DNA of 20,000 nt. Origin: an uncultured virus (IMG/VR IMGVR_UViG_3300024429_000007) (Duplodnaviria; Heunggongvirae; Uroviricota; Caudoviricetes). A program made the position numbers and the translations under genes. This document shows positions 7,942 through 15,156 of the stretch, piece by piece. The stretch covers positions 51,288 to 71,287 of the IMG/VR virus record IMGVR_UViG_3300024429_000007; one strand, given 5' to 3'. Each line of letters starts with the position of its first letter. Position 1 is the stretch's first letter. The notes under the pieces were generated by a model, which saw nothing but the letters and a program-made list of their open reading frames with translations, was not told the DNA's origin and did not search any database.

Positions 7942-9089
7942 CGAATTCCTCGTTCATATAATTTCTGCAAGTAATCCAACGTCTGTGAAACCGAATACGT
8001 CTCCTGGACTCGATATGCCATCATCGCCGAAACTGAGGTCTTCTGCGGATAGAATCTTCTATTCATCACAACCCGGTCTTGACGCATCGATTGTTTCGCT
8101 TCACGATTCGCGGCCACGCCCTCTTTCCCGGCCAATCCAAACTCGGCTTTTTGAATTTCCAAATGAAATCGCGCCTTCTCCACAAACTCTTCTGGAAACC
8201 CTTCTTCGCCCAGACTCTTCTCAATCTCCGAGAGAACTCCGTCTTTGTCCTCCTTCTCCTCTTCCAAATCTCTACTCATTTCGACCCGAACAAATTCCTC
8301 GTGATTATCGACTTTCAAATCCGCTAACTCGTAGTGCGTAGTGAACGGACCCTGATAGAGATCATATAAAATATGGACGCGAGGTCGATCCTCCGGTGCA
8401 AACATCCGATAGATTCTAAACTCCAATGGGATCCTGAACGAGTCCGGTAAATCCTCTTCCGCTTTGACCAAAATATCGATGTCTCCGGTTGTTTTGCCAT
8501 TGTTAGCCAGACCACCGACCAAATAGAGAAACGGCTTCCTCAATAGGAACGATTCGAACTTTTCCAGGACTTCCTCAACGGTGACCTCTCGTCCCTTCTT
8601 ATCGCCCGATGGCTTCACTTCAGCGTACTCATCGTCCTTCTCTTCTTCTTCCGTTGTCTCTTTCTGACCTTTTCCTTGTTCCTTATCGACTTTGGCATTC
8701 TCTTCGGCCTCCTTGAGTAGAATCTCGATCTCAGTCTTACTCAGTTCCTTCGCTACCCTCTCCCAGAGCTTCTTCGCCGCCGATTTCATCTCATCGGGAT
8801 TCACGGTATACTTATATTCTTCTGGATCGAGCTTCTTACACCGCGCAATCTCCTTGTAAACCTTGACGGCGACAGCGACAATCTCCACCTCACTGAACTT
8901 GATCTCTTTGTCCGGGTCCAAGAATGTGGCGTACCATCCCGCACAAATCCGGGCATCATCCTTCAATGCCGCCCAGTCTTTTGTTCCGTCTGGCTTCAAT
9001 GCCGCCCAGTCTTTTGTTCCATCTGGATCGTAGTCCGAAATGTCCTTGATCTTCTCGATTTCAAGATTTAGATTCTGCATGTTCCGCAC
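7938..9089 (-). CDS. Multidomain protein with a Pol-beta-superfamily nucleotidyltransferase-like domain
   Basis: YLVGGLANNGKTTGDIDILVK fits hG[GS]x9-13DhDh; candidate third carboxylate in RVHILYD; N-terminal helical domain (DYDP...DDARICAGWY). Confidence 0.65.
   Translation of the reverse strand: MRNMQNLNLEIEKIKDISDYDPDGTKDWAALKPDGTKDWAALKDDARICAGWYATFLDPDKEIKFSEVEIVAVAVKVYKEIARCKKLDPEEYKYTVNPDEMKSAAKKLWERVAKELSKTEIEILLKEAEENAKVDKEQGKGQKETTEEEEKDDEYAEVKPSGDKKGREVTVEEVLEKFESFLLRKPFLYLVGGLANNGKTTGDIDILVKAEEDLPDSFRIPLEFRIYRMFAPEDRPRVHILYDLYQGPFTTHYELADLKVDNHEEFVRVEMSRDLEEEKEDKDGVLSEIEKSLGEEGFPEEFVEKARFHLEIQKAEFGLAGKEGVAANREAKQSMRQDRVVMNRRFYPQKTSVSAMMAYRVQETYSVSQTLDYLQKLYERGIR
8961..9026. repeat. 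33-nt in-frame tandem duplication (PDGTKDWAALK x2)
   Basis: 8961-8993 and 8994-9026 are identical except for one synonymous base. Confidence 0.95.
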
Positions 9090-9408
9090 TCTTCCTCTTC
9101 GGGACCGGCTTCTTTATATCGATGTAGCCCGATCCCTCACATTTTTCGCAGGCATCCCGGACTCCGAAAAGCCTACGTCGCTCTTTCGGATCCCTTTCGG
9201 CCAACAGCTTCTCCAGACATTCACACTTTTTGATCACCTTCTGCGCTTCGAGGTTCTCCAGAAGCCGAACCAGCTCTCGATTTACGGTGTTCTTGAGCGT
9301 AGTCTTGATCTGGTCCACCTGCCGATCGTCCAGCGGACTAATTCGCAGGAGATCCAATACCTCACCCATCAAACCCAAGATTGTCGTCCTGATCTCTTTC
9401 GCAATCAT
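9061..9408 (-). CDS. Hypothetical protein with possible Zn-binding cysteines
   Basis: 115 aa, coupled to both neighbours; CEC and CEKCEGSG motifs. Confidence 0.7.
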   Translation of the reverse strand: MIAKEIRTTILGLMGEVLDLLRISPLDDRQVDQIKTTLKNTVNRELVRLLENLEAQKVIKKCECLEKLLAERDPKERRRLFGVRDACEKCEGSGYIDIKKPVPKRKSAEHAESKS

Positions 9409-9665
9409 CAGTCTCCTTCCTTTCTGACAAAATCTTCAATCCTTTGCAGTGTCTTACTCTGAGTTTCCTGCTCCTTCTTGATCCATTTCAGATCGGTCTC
9501 AACTCCAGTCAGCCGATGCTGAACATCATTTGAAAGTTTTGCGATAACCTTTTCGATCTCATGAATCCGCTTTTCATTCTGCGAAATTCTCCTCGACAGA
9601 AATCCAAGCAGAACGAGTAACAGTGTGAGAACGGCACCCGCTACGATCTGAAGAGCTAATAGCAT
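9408..9665 (-). CDS. Single-TM membrane protein with coiled coil (XhlA/holin-like architecture)
   Basis: N-terminal hydrophobic helix LQIVAGAVLTLLLVLLGFL followed by a heptad-rich region; RBS AAGGA. Confidence 0.6.
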   Translation of the reverse strand: MLLALQIVAGAVLTLLLVLLGFLSRRISQNEKRIHEIEKVIAKLSNDVQHRLTGVETDLKWIKKEQETQSKTLQRIEDFVRKEGD

Positions 9666-9674
9666 CGATTTCCT

Positions 9675-10457
9675 TTATCCAACTGCGACTTCAACCATTT
9701 GCTCAATTTGAATTCTGCCTGGATTCAAGAGATCTCTGCCACCGAGATCTCGGACACCGAGAAACTTGAAACACCATTCTTCGTAATGACACATCACCGT
9801 TCGACACCCGATCTGAGCCGCCAACTGCGTGATCGATGAACAAATCCCGACCGTCGCCACCGCCTGCTTCAAGATCCAAGCGGTCTCCCACAGAGGCCGG
9901 CCATTCTCAACCTGAGCATCCCGAACTGTTCTTTCGTCTTTTCCCCCAACGTTCACAACTGGAAACGGAAACTCCGCCGCAAACAAAGCCGGAATTTCCT
10001 TTCGTTTCGAGACCGAAGACGGATGAACCGCGATGAATTTTTCGGGGAGATCGACTTCCGGTGTATGCGCGAAGGCAATTTCAAATTCTGTCAGATCGTC
10101 GTGGAGATCCGGCAAGATCGGGTAAAAAACTCTGTCGAAAGGATATCCGGCCTTTTCCACTTCTGGGTCGACCCGGAAAAGCTCAACGTCACCGTCCCAA
10201 TCACGCGATCTCTGTTTTCTTCCCGCACGATTCAGGATCTCCGCAAAAGGAAAAACCGCCGATTCTGAGATCGGGATATCCGAAGATCGTATAAAGAGAT
10301 CCACGACTCCTGCATTCCAGTCGTCGCAAAATGCTACCATCCCCTCATTCGGCGCAAGAAATTGCCGTGCGGTCTTCAAAAACTTAGCCACTCTGAGCGT
10401 GTCCCCGACCAGTAGCCCTCCCAGATTTACTGCTGCGCTTGGGCTCAGTTCCTTCAT
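9675..10457 (-). CDS. Glycosyltransferase, GT9 (heptosyltransferase)-like
   Basis: GGLLVGDTL, IAVHPSS..KRK and A..VGICSSITQLAAQIG match GT9 patterns (GDxL; HP; GxDSGxxHLA). Confidence 0.75.
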   Translation of the reverse strand: MKELSPSAAVNLGGLLVGDTLRVAKFLKTARQFLAPNEGMVAFCDDWNAGVVDLFIRSSDIPISESAVFPFAEILNRAGRKQRSRDWDGDVELFRVDPEVEKAGYPFDRVFYPILPDLHDDLTEFEIAFAHTPEVDLPEKFIAVHPSSVSKRKEIPALFAAEFPFPVVNVGGKDERTVRDAQVENGRPLWETAWILKQAVATVGICSSITQLAAQIGCRTVMCHYEEWCFKFLGVRDLGGRDLLNPGRIQIEQMVEVAVG

Positions 10458-11244
10458 CTGTTGTTACCTTCTCCTCTATCTCAACCTCGACGACTTTTTT
10501 TTTCTTAGCCTCGAACTGTGCCAGGTACTTAATCAAAGCCGGATCCGGCTCAACTTCAGCGACTCCTGGCCAAGCGTCCGGGACTATTGGGTGAAGGTTC
10601 TCCATTCCCGGGATCCAACCCTTCCAAATTCGCTCGTACCAGAGTGGATGAAGGGGTACTCGTCGGCATTTTTCAAGTTGCGCTTCTGGCGGAAGCGCCA
10701 ATCCGAAATGATGGAAATGGACTTCATGCGCAGGAATGTTTATCTCTCTCCAGCCCCGGGCAATTCGCCCCTCGTCGAAATGGACATCCCGACTCACAGC
10801 GACCACGCCCGTCGGATGCTTGATCACAAGCTGATGGTTCACGTCTTTCCAGTACCCGGTAAATGTCATCGAATAAAGCTGGTAGGGATGTACTTCGATC
10901 CAATCCATAGCTTTGTCCAGCATTGGCGGCAAGATGATCTCATCCGGGTCGAAAACCAAGATCATGTCGCTCTCCTGGAACAGACTCATCCCCAGATTTC
11001 TCACGAACGCCTCACTCGGGTACTCTTCCTTCGTGATCTTCAACTTCGGACACTTCAGGCCTTCTAAGATCTCCTCGGTTCTGTCAGGCGTGATCTCTCT
11101 GCCGCAGAAGTAATGCCCCTGAGAAAGCAGCACGTTGATCTCAACAATACGCTCCGATTCCAAGAACGGCGTCAGACTCTGCTCGATGTACGTCTCATCG
11201 GTCGAAGCGATCATCATCAGCCCAAAAATCGGTTCATCGCCCAT
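10384..11244 (-). CDS. Glycosyltransferase, GT2/GT-A fold
   Basis: DETYIEQSL, EAFVRNLG, ILVFDPDE (DxD), HFHHFG. Confidence 0.75.
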   Translation of the reverse strand: MGDEPIFGLMMIASTDETYIEQSLTPFLESERIVEINVLLSQGHYFCGREITPDRTEEILEGLKCPKLKITKEEYPSEAFVRNLGMSLFQESDMILVFDPDEIILPPMLDKAMDWIEVHPYQLYSMTFTGYWKDVNHQLVIKHPTGVVAVSRDVHFDEGRIARGWREINIPAHEVHFHHFGLALPPEAQLEKCRRVPLHPLWYERIWKGWIPGMENLHPIVPDAWPGVAEVEPDPALIKYLAQFEAKKKKVVEVEIEEKVTTDEGTEPKRSSKSGRATGRGHAQSG

Positions 11245-11280
11245 TCAGTACCTCACTTTCTAATTTATTACGCGCCTTAC

Positions 11281-11838
11281 TCACTCCCCGTTCAGCGGAT
11301 CTATCGGACCGAACACTTCATAGTCGGATAAATCAACTTCGGAGAACGGATCGGGCTTCCACGCCTTGAGAAAAACCCCCGGGACCTGAGGATCTTTTCG
11401 TAATAGCTGTATCTCGCAATCGGAGAAAATATGCTCCATATCGGATAGTTCGTATCGCCAGAAATCGAAAGGAGCAGTATGGTGGGGAAAACCAAGAGAT
11501 CGCGTTGTAATTAGAATCATCCCTCGCGGTTTACAAACCCGTTTAATGTTCGAAATAACCTTCTTCCAGTCCCTTACGTGCTCAAGAACTTCGGTAGAGA
11601 GCACGACATCAAATCGATTCTCTCCGAAATGCTCTATGACCCTCTCCGCCGAAAGAACCAGATCGACCCTCGGCCCACTCATCAAATCTATTCCGATGTA
11701 TTCGCTCGGGCCAAAAGATTTAATTCGAGGACGGAAGCTGCCGTTTATGTCGTAAGAGCCGACCTCGAGGACACTTTTCCCCTCAATCTCTTCTCGACCC
11801 AAACACCTCATTCCGAATGCAAGACAAGATTCATGCAT
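11281..11838 (-). CDS. Class I SAM-dependent methyltransferase (type 11-like)
   Basis: VLEVGSYDINGS, YIGID, FDVVLSTEVLEHV, FPHH..PFDFWRY. Confidence 0.9.
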   Translation of the reverse strand: MHESCLAFGMRCLGREEIEGKSVLEVGSYDINGSFRPRIKSFGPSEYIGIDLMSGPRVDLVLSAERVIEHFGENRFDVVLSTEVLEHVRDWKKVISNIKRVCKPRGMILITTRSLGFPHHTAPFDFWRYELSDMEHIFSDCEIQLLRKDPQVPGVFLKAWKPDPFSEVDLSDYEVFGPIDPLNGE

Positions 11839-11850
11839 CTGCCTATGTCC

Positions 11851-12002
11851 TTATCGGGAAAGGAACGGGCTTGACACTCCCCCACGACTGAAGCCGGGGG
11901 GATTATCGGGCGGTCATCGCAAAGAACCTAGTTCCATGCAACTACCGAGGGCTGTGCCAAACAGCCACTACTCCAAGAGACACCTACCTCCGGGAGGTAC
12001 TT
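11851..12002 (-). ncRNA. Putative TnpB omegaRNA (right-end RNA) scaffold plus flanking guide
   Basis: GGCTGT-TTGGC-ACAGCC hairpin overlapping the tnpB remnant, right-end hairpin, terminal TCAA; the guide would be the flank GCCCGTTCCTTTCCCGATAA. 5' boundary uncertain. Confidence 0.55.
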
Positions 12003-12145
12003 TGTGCATATTCCTTTCACAGACCTAAACTGCCTGTATGCCCTCAAGCTCTCACTTATACTTGAGTTGATCTGTGAGAATGGCCTTCGGCCAGCACTTC
12101 TTCATCCCCACGATTGAAATCGGGGGCTTTCAAAGTGCAATTTCT
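11871..12145 (-). mobile_element. Non-autonomous IS200/IS605-family mini-element (275 bp) without tnpA/tnpB
   Basis: Left end: TTAT | 15 nt, AAAG, then bulged hairpin 12106-12126. Right end: matching bulged hairpin 11879-11901, ending AGTGTCAA. TnpB-like C-terminal remnant KYLPEVGVSWSSGCLAQPSVVAWN* at 11928-12002. Confidence 0.85.
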
Positions 12146-12691
12146 ATAACACTTCCGGATCACCCGCGCATCCCAGAGCGCATTGTGCTTGTCCGCTTTG
12201 GAAGAGAAAAGTCCGGCGAACGCTTCCCGATTCACGTCCGTATCTTCTCCAACTATCCAGAGGAGCGTACACAGATCGAAGGGGATGTAGTAAATCTCAT
12301 CAGGAACCTTCAGCGCACCGCCCCAAAGCTCGCAAAAAAGGACCCAATCGTATGCCAGACAGTCCGACCAGAGTTCGATCTTTACTGCACTATGCCGATC
12401 GAGGAGAACCTTGAACCATTGGCCCAAGTTGGCTTTAATGTGCTGCGGATTGTTCCTGGTCCGCACCTCATCGGGAAAGCCGCGCACTGTAAATGTGTGA
12501 TCGTAGAGCAAATGCTCAAAGACGTTCTTCTTGAACCACTTATTTTTCAGAGCCCTCTGATCCCAACCGATAAACTCGGCGTAGAACGTCTCATCGGTCT
12601 CCGCGATCAGGCCGATACTCACCAGGGTTGTCTGCTGATGCAACCCGGTAAACTCAGAATCAAAGAACACCTTCAGCCGTTTCTCTCCCAT
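12056..12691 (-). CDS. DEDDh 3'-5' exo(ribo)nuclease, Rv2179c-like; C-terminus replaced by mini-IS sequence
   Basis: FFDSEFTGL, LVSIGLI...FYAE, AYDWVLF, PFDL, KHNALWDA; residues after RKCY come from the inserted element. Confidence 0.85.
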   Translation of the reverse strand: MGEKRLKVFFDSEFTGLHQQTTLVSIGLIAETDETFYAEFIGWDQRALKNKWFKKNVFEHLLYDHTFTVRGFPDEVRTRNNPQHIKANLGQWFKVLLDRHSAVKIELWSDCLAYDWVLFCELWGGALKVPDEIYYIPFDLCTLLWIVGEDTDVNREAFAGLFSSKADKHNALWDARVIRKCYRNCTLKAPDFNRGDEEVLAEGHSHRSTQV

Positions 12692-13440
12692 GTCCAGAAC
12701 CTCCCTAAATCAATTCGAACGCTTCGCCTCGCGCTATCGGTCAAAATACCGCCCGAATTTCGGGCTTGTTCCAGCAGCTTCCGGGTCAATCTGACATCGT
12801 GCAGATTATAGCTCAAAAGCTCATCATATCTTTCCTGCTGATACAACAGCGGGGCTTTCGATCCGTATCCGATCTTCTTCAGACCCAGAGTCCCTTCGGC
12901 CAATCCGTCCAGGCCGAATGTTCCATCGTAGATCGTCTTATCTCCCAGTAACTCTTCCGCTTCCATAACCGAAGCACAACCGAACCGCGATTGGACGTAC
13001 CTCAGCAGAAGATCCAACTCAATCCACTCGGCCGTCCGCATCGTATTCAAGACTTCGCCTCCTTTGAGCGACGGCTCGCAGAAGACCCGAGTCCCAGAGA
13101 TCAAAACCATTCCATCGGACACAAAATCAGCGACGCGGTGATTCCCCAGGACGACTCTGCTGTCGAACTTGACACCGTTGAACGTCACCACCACGCGGTC
13201 TCGCAGAAGATTCAGCAGACCGGCCTTTCCCGCTTCGTGCAGGAAAAAATGATACCGATCGGTCTTGAAGTCGTAGGCGACCGCCGAAGCAAAACCCATC
13301 CCTCCCGGGTCATCCCATCCTCGTTCAACGGTACGAACTTCCTTTGCGATCTCGACATCGTAAACCACGCAAGTCAATCTCTCAGTCCCCGTCTTCTCGA
13401 CTTTCGTCTCGCTCCTCTCCATGTCGGTCTCGTTCATCAC
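12673..13440 (-). CDS. RNase H-fold 3'-5' exonuclease (YprB/RNase_H_2-like)
   Basis: VYDVEI, VTFNGVKFD, LDGLAEGTLG..K.G.G..AP, YNLHDVRLT. Confidence 0.85.
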   Translation of the reverse strand: MMNETDMERSETKVEKTGTERLTCVVYDVEIAKEVRTVERGWDDPGGMGFASAVAYDFKTDRYHFFLHEAGKAGLLNLLRDRVVVTFNGVKFDSRVVLGNHRVADFVSDGMVLISGTRVFCEPSLKGGEVLNTMRTAEWIELDLLLRYVQSRFGCASVMEAEELLGDKTIYDGTFGLDGLAEGTLGLKKIGYGSKAPLLYQQERYDELLSYNLHDVRLTRKLLEQARNSGGILTDSARRSVRIDLGRFWTWERNG

Positions 13441-14746
13441 TCAGTTCCCCCTTCGCAGATTTGAAGTCGCTCTCCGTTCCACTCAAGCCCCCCTCGACAA
13501 AAAATTCGTCCTCGATCAACCAACGCGCTTCCTCTTTCGTTATGATTTCCTGCTTCACGTAGCTCGAAATCGTCTGGGCCCGCGACAATGGATCCCCCAA
13601 GTCCATCGGAATCAGCTTGAAGTATACGTCCGAAAAGACCGGGTGAACGAGACTCAGGTTCATCGCATAGTTTACCATCTGAATCAATGGCTTGAAGACC
13701 CGCGATTGCGAGACTTTCAGCGCCATCTCTGCGGTCGCCCGGTTGATCTCGGTCGTGACCCCCATCTCAAACGGCTGCAATCCAAAATTTCGGTAGACGA
13801 TGCGCTCGACTTGTATATTCAACTCGGCCAATTGCATATCTGCATTGGCACGCTTGAGTTCAATCCACTCCGCCTTACCGACGTTCCGAAATAGCTTGAC
13901 AGTAAACTGACTATCCTCTCCGCTCTGAAATTCGGCTTTGGCTCGCTCGTAAGCGTCCTTCGCAATGTGATCCAATACCAAAATTCCCGGTGGGATCTTA
14001 TCCTCTGTGAACGAGTCGGCGATCCATTGCACGGAGAACATCAGCGATGCGATCTCATTGACGATGGTCTCAATGATCGGAAGTCCATAAGCCGTCCACG
14101 TAGTCGGATAAAGCTCGAAGTACATCACTTCATCTTTAGTAAACTTTACGAGGTCATACGGCTCCATCTTCTGAACGTACCCATAGAGAATACCGTGCAC
14201 ATCCTTGATCGGAATAAAAGTCGCGCCATCCCGAGCCATTATCTCCAAAAGCGTGCCGTCCAACGATTTGATTTTTTCGATGATCCCTTCGTCAATCACC
14301 ATCACGTCGGTCAAAACTTGTCCAAAGATTTTACGTAGACTCTCCTCGTTCGAGTTCGGGTCCCGCAGAAACTCCCTCACCGCGCTCGCATTCTTCTCGT
14401 CACCACCCCTGAATGGACGGACGACCCATGGCAACGATGAGACCGATCGAACCAGTGCATCCACACACGGCCGAACGTAAGAAGATCTCTCGTAAATCTT
14501 CCGAAGCATCGCATAAGACAGCCGGCCCGTTCTCGGCTGCCACTCCGGGAAGGCGTAGTCATCGTAGGTGGTATCACGCCCCTTCACGTATCTGGAATCT
14601 CGCCGCCCGGGCGCGATCATATCCATACCGGAACTGTAATCCTCCCCCTCCCGCTCCTTCCGATCCATCATCTCGCTCCGGATATCCTGCGCTTTAACCG
14701 TCAAAGCTTGAGAAGTTTCCATAGCAGGATTTACTCTAAAGGGCAT
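13382..14746 (-). CDS. Portal protein (HK97-like)
   Basis: VRPCVDALVRSVSSLPW, YGLPIIE, PPGILVL, FGLQPFEMG, ITKEEAR; downstream of terminase; start ATG 14746 chosen from the AGGAG RBS. Confidence 0.9.
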   Translation of the reverse strand: MPFRVNPAMETSQALTVKAQDIRSEMMDRKEREGEDYSSGMDMIAPGRRDSRYVKGRDTTYDDYAFPEWQPRTGRLSYAMLRKIYERSSYVRPCVDALVRSVSSLPWVVRPFRGGDEKNASAVREFLRDPNSNEESLRKIFGQVLTDVMVIDEGIIEKIKSLDGTLLEIMARDGATFIPIKDVHGILYGYVQKMEPYDLVKFTKDEVMYFELYPTTWTAYGLPIIETIVNEIASLMFSVQWIADSFTEDKIPPGILVLDHIAKDAYERAKAEFQSGEDSQFTVKLFRNVGKAEWIELKRANADMQLAELNIQVERIVYRNFGLQPFEMGVTTEINRATAEMALKVSQSRVFKPLIQMVNYAMNLSLVHPVFSDVYFKLIPMDLGDPLSRAQTISSYVKQEIITKEEARWLIEDEFFVEGGLSGTESDFKSAKGELSDERDRHGEERDESREDGD

Positions 14747-14769
14747 TCGCCGTGCTCCTCTCGTCACAC

Positions 14770-15024
14770 TTATTCGACGATCTCCACTTCGAAATCAGCA
14801 AGTTTGAATTTGATGCCCGTCTCTTCCGGCTTCCCATAACCCTCGATGAAGTTTCCATCAGCGATCAGACCGCGCGCATACATCTGAGCTAAGTGCCCTA
14901 TGTGCCCTTCAATCGTATGGAATGGATAAAAAGATTTACGGAATTCCTCCAGGAACTCATCATCGAATTTCGTTTCGTCTATTTCAACTTCAATGATCTG
15001 AGTAACCCGAACTGTTTTCTTCAT
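14770..15024 (-). CDS. Hypothetical protein
   Basis: 84-aa protein-like ORF filling the terminase-portal gap on the operon strand. Confidence 0.7.
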   Translation of the reverse strand: MKKTVRVTQIIEVEIDETKFDDEFLEEFRKSFYPFHTIEGHIGHLAQMYARGLIADGNFIEGYGKPEETGIKFKLADFEVEIVE

Positions 15025-15156
15025 ATCTGAACCTGTCCCGTCGAAGGGGATTGAAATATGGAAATGGATCTCACCTCACCGCAGACCCAAGTTGCATCCA
15101 CTGCCAGGCGTTCGATCCCACGAGCGTTTCCACAACCTCAATCCCCTTCAAATCAT

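Noticed and set aside
7938..7960. Programmed -1 frameshift fusing the NTase ORF to the ligase
   Set aside because: The ligase frame has a TGA five codons upstream of its ATG and no slippery heptamer lies in between.
8961..9026. Coding duplications (here and 17648-17715) as DGR template/variable repeats
   Set aside because: Short adjacent in-frame copies with at most one mismatch; no reverse transcriptase in the window.
11871..12145. IStron (group I intron-IS hybrid)
   Set aside because: Too short, and no group I core elements recognised.
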